This document shows positions 1 to 8,104 of a stretch of DNA of 64,000 nucleotides, piece by piece. The notes below the pieces were generated by a model. The model worked only from the letters and a program-made list of their open reading frames with translations, did not search any database and was not told where the DNA came from. This DNA comes from a virus. Where the stretch lies: positions 11,006-75,005 of the IMG/VR virus record IMGVR_UViG_3300023174_005350; one strand, given 5' to 3'. The position numbers and the translations under genes were made by a program. Position 1 is the stretch's first letter, and each line of letters opens with the position of its first letter.

Positions 1-1
1 A

Positions 2-1009
2 TTAAAGGGCTTCGATCAAGAAATAGATTTATCTAAAACTAGCAGCGATCCTGCCTATGCTACAAATGATCCAGTATTAAGAAAAATGGAAAAAGAAGCA
101 TTTTTAGAGGGTAATATGTTGTTTCGTGACTGGACTGATATGAAAAAATTGGAGATGAAAAAAATGTTAAATGAAAAAAAAGAATCTACGTTTAAAGAAA
201 AAGAAGCTGCTATTAAAAAAAGTTTAATAGATCAAGGAAAAACCGCTAAACAAGCTAAAAAAATAGCTCCTAAAATTGCAGGTGCAGAAGCTGCTGGTAG
301 AACTTACCAAGGTCCGGGTAAACCCATGAAAGAAGTATCATACGAAAAATCTGGTCTTAATAATCCTACTAAGGCAGATCTTGATAAAAACCAAGATATT
401 AGCGGTTATGAAAAAGCTCGCGGTAAAGCTATAGAAAAATCTATGAAAGAGGAAAATAATATGAAAGTAAAAGTAAACGAAGTAGAAAAAGAAGACACAG
501 AAGAATTGTCCGGTACACCAGAAGATGTTGCTGGCTTAAAGGCAGGTTCTCGTAATCTAGGTGACGAACCAGAAGGCGTTGAACCAGAAGAAGAAATGGA
601 ATTAGATGTATCTGATGAAGAAGAAAAATTAGGTGGTGGTTTGCCAATGAAGTCGGCAGAACAAATGGCATTTGAAAAAAGATTTGGTGATATGGATCCA
701 GAAATGCAAGGAAGATTTTTAGCTCGCTTAGCTCAACAGGCTAAAGATAAAAAAGCTGCAAAAATAGCTTTAAGTGCAGAATTAAATAGAGAAGAAAGAG
801 CCGCACAAAAAGAAAAAGAAAGGGCTGGCTTTGCTAGTCTTCCCGGCGCTAAACCACCAATGGAAGAAGCATCGGCAACTTTAGCAGAAACAAAACAAAA
901 TCCATATCCTGTTTTATTTGAAAAAAAGGATCGTTTATTAAAAGAAACATTTAACACAAGAGAAGAAAGAATTTATAACGAATTAGTTAAACGTTTTCTT
1001 AAAAAATAA
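2..1009 (+). CDS. Hypothetical phage protein, 5'-partial; acidic/low-complexity, with an EF-hand-like loop
   Basis: Frame is open from base 2 (LKGFDQEIDL...DPVLRK) into the listed ORF at 86, so the true start lies upstream of the window; contains DLDKNQDISGYE. Confidence 0.75.
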   Translation, partial: LKGFDQEIDLSKTSSDPAYATNDPVLRKMEKEAFLEGNMLFRDWTDMKKLEMKKMLNEKKESTFKEKEAAIKKSLIDQGKTAKQAKKIAPKIAGAEAAGRTYQGPGKPMKEVSYEKSGLNNPTKADLDKNQDISGYEKARGKAIEKSMKEENNMKVKVNEVEKEDTEELSGTPEDVAGLKAGSRNLGDEPEGVEPEEEMELDVSDEEEKLGGGLPMKSAEQMAFEKRFGDMDPEMQGRFLARLAQQAKDKKAAKIALSAELNREERAAQKEKERAGFASLPGAKPPMEEASATLAETKQNPYPVLFEKKDRLLKETFNTREERIYNELVKRFLKK

Positions 1010-1281
1010 TGTCTAGAAGCTTCATAATACCTTATGATTTGTCAAGAGTAAGTGCCAGCGTTGCTAGCGCAACTAGTTACGTTGGCACGGCTCAAGATAT
1101 AACAGGAGGTGTTTATTTATCTACTGTAGTTTTTGATTCTACGTCTTCTTATTTAGCAACTATACCACAAACAACCGCTACCGGTACTTATTACTATCCA
1201 ATAGTTGAGCAGCAAAATGCTGTTATAACAATTAAAAATAGTTTTTTACCTTATACATTAACGATTGGGAAAAAAGATTAA
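1009..1281 (+). CDS. Small Ser/Thr-rich hypothetical protein (possible virion protein)
   Basis: ATG overlaps the upstream TAA; beta-strand-like S/T-rich composition. Confidence 0.65.
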   Translation: MSRSFIIPYDLSRVSASVASATSYVGTAQDITGGVYLSTVVFDSTSSYLATIPQTTATGTYYYPIVEQQNAVITIKNSFLPYTLTIGKKD

Positions 1282-1285
1282 TAAC

Positions 1286-2773
1286 ATGAAAGAATTATTA
1301 TTTGAAAAAACAATAAATACTCTGCATGAAAATGGAAAATTAACTTTTAAGCAATTAAAAGAAATGATTTCAACTTGCTCATCTTTTGTTTTGGAAAATA
1401 AAAATATAGATAAAAAGAAGCAAGTTTTATTATCTTATTCATGTAATGAAGGAAAAGTAATCGTTGCAGATAATAAAACTGATATTAAAGAGGGTGGAAA
1501 AAAAATAAATGAATATGTAAAGACCTGTGAAGATATGAAGGAAGAGGTCATGTATTCATTAACTAATTTAGAAAATAATATTAATAGCATGAACCATGCT
1601 GATCAAGAGGAAATTTTCGGTCCAGCAGCTTCGATATATTATAAAATTAATATTTTAAAAAACCCAGAAGATGCTTTAAATTATAATACAAAAGATGTAA
1701 ATATTTTTCCAGAAGGTCATGGAGAATATAATAATGAAGGAAAATTATTAATTAATGAAGTAACCAATCAATACAATAAATTTAATTCTTTATTAACTGA
1801 ATGGCAGGCAAAAAATTTACAAGAAAAGTATAGTTCTGAATGTAACGCTATTGGAAAATTAAAAGAATTACATAATAAACAATATGTAAATTTAGCTAAT
1901 AGCAAAATGAATAATTGTCTTTCATCTGTAAATTCATATATAAAAAATGATCGTTTTGCTTTAAACGATAATTCATCTATTAATGATTATATGTTGTCAC
2001 GTATTTATATATTGCTAAACACTATTCTAGATCGATCAAAGACTGGCGAATATGGTGCTATAGCAAAGATGAATATGGCTAAACGCATTCTTGGAATTGG
2101 TGGAATAAGTTATCAAGATATTAATAAAGTATTAGAACCAGAACAAATTTCTTATATTAAAGAAAATATATTAAATAATCAAAGCAAAAACCAACTTCTT
2201 GAAACAGCGATTAGGCCAATAGAACAAGTAATAGTAGAATATTCAAGTAATATTTTAAAATCAACACAGTCTCTTTTATCTCTTAATGAAGATGCTTCTT
2301 CTAGAAGAGCTTATAAGCAAATTAATAATACTTTAAAATTTATAAATATGAGTAGCGGTTTAAGAACATTAAAAAATGAATTAAAAAATTTAAGACATGT
2401 AGATAGAAATATAAATAATTATAACAAATCTTTTATTTATGAAGGTCAAATATACAAACCAAATTATTCTTATAAGCCAATAAACGAATTATTAAAATTA
2501 TTTAAACCTTTAAATGAACAAGTTATACAAACAAAAATTGTAAATGAAAATAATATTTATGATATAATTAATGAAACAATAAAAAAACGTGGTAATAAAT
2601 ATTGTTTAATTTCTAAACAAAATAAACGTAATTTGGGTTGTTATAACACAAAAGCTGGTGCGGAAAAAATAGAAAAACAAGTACAATATTTTAAAAATGT
2701 AAAAGAAGAAACTTCTATGTCGGGTGGTAGTGTTGCTATTGGTGCTGTTCCGAAAGAACAAACGGAGTCATAA
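1286..2773 (+). CDS. Hypothetical protein with a small basic C-terminal domain (KKRGNKYCLISK...NLGCYNTKAGAEK)
   Basis: Long ORF; ATG at 1286 preferred over TTG at 1265. Confidence 0.75.
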   Translation: MKELLFEKTINTLHENGKLTFKQLKEMISTCSSFVLENKNIDKKKQVLLSYSCNEGKVIVADNKTDIKEGGKKINEYVKTCEDMKEEVMYSLTNLENNINSMNHADQEEIFGPAASIYYKINILKNPEDALNYNTKDVNIFPEGHGEYNNEGKLLINEVTNQYNKFNSLLTEWQAKNLQEKYSSECNAIGKLKELHNKQYVNLANSKMNNCLSSVNSYIKNDRFALNDNSSINDYMLSRIYILLNTILDRSKTGEYGAIAKMNMAKRILGIGGISYQDINKVLEPEQISYIKENILNNQSKNQLLETAIRPIEQVIVEYSSNILKSTQSLLSLNEDASSRRAYKQINNTLKFINMSSGLRTLKNELKNLRHVDRNINNYNKSFIYEGQIYKPNYSYKPINELLKLFKPLNEQVIQTKIVNENNIYDIINETIKKRGNKYCLISKQNKRNLGCYNTKAGAEKIEKQVQYFKNVKEETSMSGGSVAIGAVPKEQTES

Positions 2774-2776
2774 TTT

Positions 2777-3583
2777 ATGGATCAAATTAATGAATTAAGA
2801 AGTTATATAAGAAGCGTATTGTTAAAGATACGCAATGAACAAAAACAAAATTTAAAACAAGAACTCCGTGAAGAACGCGCCTTGAGAAAATTAGTTCGTA
2901 AGATGCTATTTGAAGTAAAAGAAACATCTCCACATGAATTAACAGGAATTAACGTTTTAGAAAAACTTCTTGGAAATATCATGCCTGTAATTGAAACAGG
3001 ATATAAAAGCTTAACCACTGATCCACAGCAACGCAAGTCATACGGAGCGCACATTCTAAGAGCCGTACAGAATCTTCTAACTATTCCATCAATGTATTTC
3101 AGTCTAGATAAAAAAACAGATATGAAGACTGGTGCTGGTGATGAAGAACAAAGCTTGGAAGAGAAAGAAGATGTTAAAGTAAAAATAGGTAAAAACGTTC
3201 CAGATGAAGAAAAGTTTATTGATATAAATAAACAAAATAAAGAAGATACAGAACAAACTAACAAAGATCCCATGTTAGCCTTTCAAGAAATTAAAGGTGA
3301 AGATCATACTGGAAGGTCTTTCGCATTAGAAACTTTTAAAAAGGTACAAAAACAAATTCTTGAATCTTACTCAACTCTTTCTAACGAAACAGACAGAGAA
3401 GTTTTTGAAGAATATTTATTAACAAATATTAAGTTGTATCTAAAGAACTTTGAAGAAGAACTTTCCGATACTCCACCAGTTCCAACAACTCCATCTTATG
3501 AAGCTGCCGCATCAAAGGTTGATGCCGGTACGGTAGGAAGTGAAGCGCCGCCAGCGGAAGAGCCACCACCAGTAGAGGCTTAA
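2777..3583 (+). CDS. Hypothetical acidic protein with Pro-rich C-terminus
   Basis: 268-aa ORF, GGAG upstream, tight operon spacing. Confidence 0.75.
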   Translation: MDQINELRSYIRSVLLKIRNEQKQNLKQELREERALRKLVRKMLFEVKETSPHELTGINVLEKLLGNIMPVIETGYKSLTTDPQQRKSYGAHILRAVQNLLTIPSMYFSLDKKTDMKTGAGDEEQSLEEKEDVKVKIGKNVPDEEKFIDINKQNKEDTEQTNKDPMLAFQEIKGEDHTGRSFALETFKKVQKQILESYSTLSNETDREVFEEYLLTNIKLYLKNFEEELSDTPPVPTTPSYEAAASKVDAGTVGSEAPPAEEPPPVEA

Positions 3584-3670
3584 TAAGAAATAGGATAATG
3601 TTGACGGCCAGCATTCAAACAGCATAAGACGCAAAAATTTGTTTGTTAACCCATCAAAAAAGGAAAATTT

Positions 3671-3943
3671 ATGAATCCAGCAAAACGTAAAAAGCTTTTA
3701 AGATTTAAATTAGATCAAGAAAAATTAGCTAAAAAAATAGAAGTAAAACCAGCTGAAGTATTAGTACAAGAAACTGTATTAGTAATTAAAGAAGAAATAA
3801 AAGAAGAAATCAGCGTTACTCAGGAACAACAAACTACTTTGGAAGTTTCAAATGTAGAGTTAGCTTTAAAACCAATTGAAACTGTAGAAGTTAGTGAGAC
3901 TAAGAAAGAAAAGAAAAAGAAATGGTCTTCACAAGATGCATAG
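3671..3943 (+). CDS. Hypothetical Glu/Lys-rich protein
   Basis: AAGGA RBS upstream of ATG. Confidence 0.65.
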   Translation: MNPAKRKKLLRFKLDQEKLAKKIEVKPAEVLVQETVLVIKEEIKEEISVTQEQQTTLEVSNVELALKPIETVEVSETKKEKKKKWSSQDA

Positions 3944-3961
3944 TTGTGTTATAGTAGGATA

Positions 3962-4255
3962 ATGATAACTAAAACATATAAACAAATTGGTGAAGAAATT
4001 GGTAGTTTAGTAGATGAAAAAAATGCAGCATATGGTAGTTCATTTGCTGAGTCTTATAAAATTTTGAGCGTCCTGTATCCTAATGGAATTAATCCAGAGC
4101 AATATACGGACGCTCTTGCTATTATAAGAGTAATAGATAAATTATTTAGAATAGCTAATAAAAAAGATGCTTTTGGTGAATCACCTTGGAATGATATTGC
4201 CGGATATGCAATATTAGGGGTCGCTAATGACAGTTCTAAAAACTCATCTAAGTAA
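3962..4255 (+). CDS. DUF1599/nucleotide-modification-associated domain 1 (Nmad1)-like helical protein
   Basis: KNAAYGSSF...IRVIDKLFRI...DIAGYAIL pattern; AGGA RBS before ATG 3962. Confidence 0.6.
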   Translation: MITKTYKQIGEEIGSLVDEKNAAYGSSFAESYKILSVLYPNGINPEQYTDALAIIRVIDKLFRIANKKDAFGESPWNDIAGYAILGVANDSSKNSSK

Positions 4256-4628
4256 AATAAAACAATATAAAGATAATACATGTAAAGATTATTCTATCTC
4301 TAAATTATTAAGAGAGCAAAAAAAAAGTAATGATCTTTTTGAAACAATGCTTTGTAATATAAGTCTTGAAGATATAATAGCATTAAGACTAGAGTTGGCT
4401 TATAAATCAATTGGCGTAAGATTATATGGCTTTCCAATATGGAGAAGCACTAATTATATTGTTCAAGAAGCTTTATTAAAGTATGCAGTATCTATAAGTA
4501 CTTCTAAAGGTGAAGCGGCTAGATATCTTGGATTAAATGTTGATAAATTTATTAAATTTCTAAAAAAATATAAAATAGATACTTATTTTAAGAGGAAAGT
4601 AAATGCTGATCACCGAAACACAACTTAA
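4227..4628 (+). CDS. Protein with C-terminal Fis-type helix-turn-helix
   Basis: EALLKYA...SKGEAARYLGLNVDKFIKFLKKYKI resembles the Fis/NtrC HTH. Confidence 0.55.
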   Translation: MTVLKTHLSKIKQYKDNTCKDYSISKLLREQKKSNDLFETMLCNISLEDIIALRLELAYKSIGVRLYGFPIWRSTNYIVQEALLKYAVSISTSKGEAARYLGLNVDKFIKFLKKYKIDTYFKRKVNADHRNTT

Positions 4629-5178
4629 AAAGATTTATCCTAATATAAAAAAAGATAAACTAGAATTATATGTTAAAGCTTTTAATAATGTTTTTCCTTC
4701 CTATGGCATCAATACCTCTAGACGGATTGCTGCTTTTCTTGGACAAGTTGGGGTCGAAAGCGGAGAACTCAAATACGACAAAGAACTAGCATCAAAATAT
4801 AATAAAAAAGATCCTAGTAATCGATTTGAATCCGTTGGAACTTTATACGAAGGAAGAAAGAATTTAGGTAATACACAAGTTGGTGACGGTCCTAAATTTA
4901 TTGGTCGTGGCATTCTCCAATTAACTGGAAGAGCTAACTATGAAAGCATGTCTAAAATACTAGGAATTGATTTAGTTAATAATCCTGAATTAGCATGTGA
5001 TCCAGAAATAAGTACTAAAATTGCTTGTGAATATTTTAAAAAACGTGGATTATTAGAATTAGCTGACGAATGGAATCTTGATGAAATTACTCGTAGAGTT
5101 AATGGTAATGCAAAATTACATCACGATATAAGAGTTAAATATAGTGAGGCTGCTTTGAAAGTTTTAGATATTAAATAG
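4603..5178 (+). CDS. Glycoside hydrolase family 19 endolysin
   Basis: RIAAFLGQVGVESG, NLGNTQVGDGPKFIGRGILQLTGRANY, ITRRVNG motifs; GAGG RBS. Confidence 0.92.
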   Translation: MLITETQLKKIYPNIKKDKLELYVKAFNNVFPSYGINTSRRIAAFLGQVGVESGELKYDKELASKYNKKDPSNRFESVGTLYEGRKNLGNTQVGDGPKFIGRGILQLTGRANYESMSKILGIDLVNNPELACDPEISTKIACEYFKKRGLLELADEWNLDEITRRVNGNAKLHHDIRVKYSEAALKVLDIK

Positions 5179-5492
5179 TTAATATTAGGTAGTTGGCTTA
5201 AAAGTAGCAATCTTTAATGAGTGAGACAAAATCCTTGGCTAGTAGATATATGTCCGTTAACAGCGGGGAGTTAAGTGTAGTTTGCCCGAAGAAAGCGCAA
5301 CAAAACCCGAAGATAGTTGCGTAGACAACAAGCTGATAGGTAAGCTCCAATATATCATAAATCTTGGGGGTTGGGTAATAGGAAAGTCAGATTCGTTTGA
5401 TGGGACAGAAATAAACTTAAGATATAATCATTGAAAAGATTGTATTGTTTACTTCCTCCCTCTCTTTGGTGTAGTAACACGCCTAATATTGA
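5179..5492 (+). ncRNA. Structured ncRNA resembling the 23S rRNA H43-H44 GTPase-associated centre, with a large internal insertion
   Basis: ORF-free and GC-richer than flanks; closing stem AATATTAGG(5181-5189)/CCTAATATT(5482-5490); 5' AGGTAGTTGGCTTAAAAGTAGCAATCTTTAA resembles H43; 3' GTGTAGTAAC resembles H44; several internal hairpins. Confidence 0.75.
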
Positions 5493-5507
5493 TGTTGTTA
5501 AAAAAAT

Positions 5508-5777
5508 ATGAAAAAAATTAAAATTGGCAAATGGAATTATAGAGTTTTTAAAACTATTAAATCTAATGGCTTAGAAGAATATGGAATAGTCGAAGTATAT
5601 TATGATACTAAAGACAATCCAGCCAGTTATACTGATTATCAGATTCCTTGGGGAGAATCTTTAAAAGATTTGAAATGGGAACTTTCTTCTATGTTAAAAT
5701 CCTGTAGACAAGATGTATTAACAGAAGAAGATTTTAAACCGAGAAAAAAGAATGCAAGAAAAAAAATGGAAAGATGA
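5508..5777 (+). CDS. Hypothetical phage protein (WNYRV...YGIVEVYY type)
   Basis: 89-aa ORF in operon context. Confidence 0.65.
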   Translation: MKKIKIGKWNYRVFKTIKSNGLEEYGIVEVYYDTKDNPASYTDYQIPWGESLKDLKWELSSMLKSCRQDVLTEEDFKPRKKNARKKMER

Positions 5778-5973
5778 AAAAATCTTCTCTTGTTTTGAAG
5801 AAGCAGAACAATATAAAAATACCTTACAAAACTCCCCAGAAGGTGCTACAATGGAGTATAAAATAAAACACAAAGATGGCGTTTTTATTATTAGAAGCAG
5901 AATACATCCAGAACTTATAGAAGCTGTTAAAGAAATAGATGAAAAGCTTTCAAAAAAGAAAGGTAAAATATGA
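5752..5973 (+). CDS. Hypothetical protein
   Basis: Overlaps both neighbours, ATGA coupling to the next gene. Confidence 0.6.
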   Translation: MQEKKWKDEKIFSCFEEAEQYKNTLQNSPEGATMEYKIKHKDGVFIIRSRIHPELIEAVKEIDEKLSKKKGKI

Positions 5974-6587
5974 GATTCATTAAACGATTAGAGGAAGCAG
6001 TAGAGCAAGAAACAAAAAAGCGTAAGACTAGTGAACGCGATGATCGTGATCTTGACGTTGAAGTAGATGATAACCATATTTATTTTTATACTGATGTAAC
6101 TAAAGAAAGCGTTCTTAATCTAAATAAAAATTTAGCTAAAATCGAAACAGATATGATGCATACTGGAAATGTTTTAGGTATTCCAACACCAGAAATTAAA
6201 TTACATATCAATAGTCCCGGTGGTAGCTTGTTCGACGGATTAGCAGCAGTAGATTATGTTCGTAGAAGCCGCGCACCAGTTCATTCTGTCATTGAAGGAA
6301 TGGCAGCTTCTGCGGCAACACTTATATCAGTTATGGCTCATAAGCGCTCTATTAATAAACATTCATACATGTTGATTCATCAGCTTTCTTCTGGTGCTAT
6401 TGGAAAGTTTGAAGAACTAATGGACGATATGGAAAATAATAAAGCTTTGATGAAAGCTATAAAGCAAATTTATCTGGAGCGCACAAAGATTCCAGAAAAC
6501 TTGTTGAAAGATATCCTTAAAAAAGATATCTATTTTGACGCAAAGCAGTGCCTGAAGTATGGTTTAGTAGATCAAATTCTAGAATAA
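5970..6587 (+). CDS. clpP: ClpP-like (S14) protease subunit
   Basis: LHINSPGGS, GMAASAAT (catalytic Ser), MLIHQ (His), AKQCLKYGLVDQI. Confidence 0.88.
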   Translation: MRFIKRLEEAVEQETKKRKTSERDDRDLDVEVDDNHIYFYTDVTKESVLNLNKNLAKIETDMMHTGNVLGIPTPEIKLHINSPGGSLFDGLAAVDYVRRSRAPVHSVIEGMAASAATLISVMAHKRSINKHSYMLIHQLSSGAIGKFEELMDDMENNKALMKAIKQIYLERTKIPENLLKDILKKDIYFDAKQCLKYGLVDQILE

Positions 6588-6598
6588 AGGAAAATAAA

Positions 6599-6913
6599 AT
6601 GAAGACACTCGTAATGACCGCAGTAGTAGCAGCAATGTTCGTAGGTTGCACTAGCAAGACCTCTGCACCAGCAGCAGGTTCTACTTCCACAACCGCTCCA
6701 GTAGTAGAAGTTTCAGCACCAGCAATCACCACACAAACTTCCCCTTCTGTAGCCGCTCCAGTTGCCCCACAAAGCGCTGTAGTGGCCCCATCAGCAGGTG
6801 GCGCAGCCTCTGCCGCAGCAGCATCTGGTAGTGCCTCTGGAAGCTCCACAGCAGTTTCTACTGGCGCAGCAGGCGCAGTTGCAGCACCAGCAGTAGCAGC
6901 AGATAAGAAGTAA
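6599..6913 (+). CDS. Ala/Ser/Thr/Pro-rich lipoprotein
   Basis: MKTLVMTAVVAAMFVG-C signal peptide II/lipobox; AAGGA RBS; disordered mature part. Confidence 0.75.
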   Translation: MKTLVMTAVVAAMFVGCTSKTSAPAAGSTSTTAPVVEVSAPAITTQTSPSVAAPVAPQSAVVAPSAGGAASAAAASGSASGSSTAVSTGAAGAVAAPAVAADKK

Positions 6914-6932
6914 TTTTTATTAATCCCGCAGG

Positions 6933-6978
6933 TGACGGCATGGGGAGTCTGTTTTTTAATAGACAAATAGATGTCGTC
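6933..6978. terminator. Hairpin between convergent genes, possible bidirectional terminator
   Basis: GACGGCAT/ATGTCGTC outer stem and GTCTGTT/AATAGAC inner stem. Confidence 0.35.
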
Positions 6979-6979
6979 T

Positions 6980-7501
6980 TTATTGTTTCCATCTACCATC
7001 TTTGTTTAAGAAGTGGTTTTCCATATGACAAGTAGGACATAATACTTCTAAATTTTCTATAGTATTATTTTCTCTGTTTCTATCTTTATGATGAACTTCT
7101 AATACTTCTGGTATTTTAGAATAATCGCATTTTTCACATTTTACTGCTTTACTTCTAAAAGCTACATCTCTGTATGCCCTGCCAGCGTTTGTATAATGCG
7201 GCGGTTGAATTTCTTTTATTCCACCAATTCTTTGAGCGATATCTTTGTGTTCCCTACAGCAAAAATATAAACCGCTTCTTGATATTTTCTTTTTTGATGG
7301 TGCTTTGTAAAACATCTTCTTACAGTAAGCACATTCAACGTTTGGTTGATTAATTAAAGCAAATTTTTCTATTTTTTGTTTTTTTATAGCTTCATATGTA
7401 CATTTTTTGGTACAATACTTCCCGTTGCCTCTATTTACTTCTGATGAACGTGCTTGAAATTCTTTGTTACAGTTTAAGCATATTTTTAAATATGTAGTCA
7501 T
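6980..7501 (-). CDS. Free-standing HNH homing endonuclease with N-terminal Cys zinc-finger repeats
   Basis: CxxC repeats; CEKC...LEVHHKDRNRENNTIENLEVLCPTCHMENH. Confidence 0.9.
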   Translation of the reverse strand: MTTYLKICLNCNKEFQARSSEVNRGNGKYCTKKCTYEAIKKQKIEKFALINQPNVECAYCKKMFYKAPSKKKISRSGLYFCCREHKDIAQRIGGIKEIQPPHYTNAGRAYRDVAFRSKAVKCEKCDYSKIPEVLEVHHKDRNRENNTIENLEVLCPTCHMENHFLNKDGRWKQ

Positions 7502-7512
7502 ATATATCCTTT

Positions 7513-7584
7513 GGGCTGATAGTTAAATTGGTATAACATTTCCCTTGCACGGAAAAATCTGGAGTTCGACTCTCCATCGGTCCA
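7513..7584 (+). tRNA. tRNA-Ala (anticodon UGC)
   Basis: Acceptor GGGCTGA/TCGGTCC with the G3:U70 Ala determinant; anticodon arm TTTCC-CT-TGC-AC-GGAAA; T loop TTCGACT; CCA not encoded. Confidence 0.93.
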
Positions 7585-7588
7585 CTTA

Positions 7589-7596
7589 TAATTAGT
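7589..7596 (-). promoter_or_regulatory. Putative late promoter (ACTAATTA) for the minus-strand HNH gene
   Basis: TAATTAGT on + strand is the reverse complement of the recurrent motif. Confidence 0.45.
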
Positions 7597-7636
7597 GTAG
7601 ATTAACTGTTTTGCACCAAAAAAAGGTATCTCCAAA

Positions 7637-7906
7637 ATGAAAATTACAAAAGAATCTTTAAAAAAATTTATTAAAGAAGAATTAGAAAAAGTTACTGAAG
7701 AATTAAACCCTTTAGAAAAAGAAAAAGAATTAAAAAATAATATAGAATCTTATCTTTCCTCAATTGAAGAAAAAAAGAAAGACTTTGCAATAGATGCTCT
7801 TATTTCTTTTTTAAATTACCAACGTCAAAGCACTAAAGATAAAATGGCTTTAGCAAAAGCTAGACAAACTAAAAAAAATCTACCATTTAGGTCATATACG
7901 CCATAA
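7637..7906 (+). CDS. Hypothetical protein with MKITKESLKKFIKEEL N-terminal motif
   Basis: AAGG RBS; N-terminal amphipathic motif typical of large-phage proteins. Confidence 0.65.
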   Translation: MKITKESLKKFIKEELEKVTEELNPLEKEKELKNNIESYLSSIEEKKKDFAIDALISFLNYQRQSTKDKMALAKARQTKKNLPFRSYTP

Positions 7907-7912
7907 AATTTT

Positions 7913-8104
7913 ATGAAACAAAATAAATCTAGCAATACAATGTGGCTAAGAATAATGGTAGTACTTAATACTATTGCTGTTGCTAGTTATATTTTTTACG
8001 GTGAGTGGGAAAAAAAACAACCACGGATGGTAAAACATGTTTGCCAAACCGTGGCTACTGACCAAGATAAAGGTTTGGTCGCCCTTACTTGCTTAGAAGA
8101 CTAG
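7913..8104 (+). CDS. Small membrane-anchored protein
   Basis: One hydrophobic segment (WLRIMVVLNTIAVASYIFY) and a C-terminal Cys pair. Confidence 0.55.
   Translation: MKQNKSSNTMWLRIMVVLNTIAVASYIFYGEWEKKQPRMVKHVCQTVATDQDKGLVALTCLED

Noticed and set aside
3601-3630. TTGACG as a -35 box upstream of 3671
   Set aside because: No credible -10 hexamer at 16-18 bp spacing
5238-5245. CUAGUA resembling the 5' strand of the sarcin-ricin loop inside the ncRNA
   Set aside because: No GAGA tetraloop or matching GA(A/C) 3' strand; six bases is too little to support
5179-5492. A true 23S rRNA gene fragment, tmRNA, RNase P RNA or group I intron
   Set aside because: rRNA similarity is limited to H43/H44 and is interrupted; no tRNA-like ends or tag ORF, no RNase P or group I core motifs recognised, and flanking genes are intact
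7913-8104. Holin or spanin call for the small membrane ORFs (also 24716-25093)
   Set aside because: Only a single TM segment and no adjacency to the endolysin; not enough evidence
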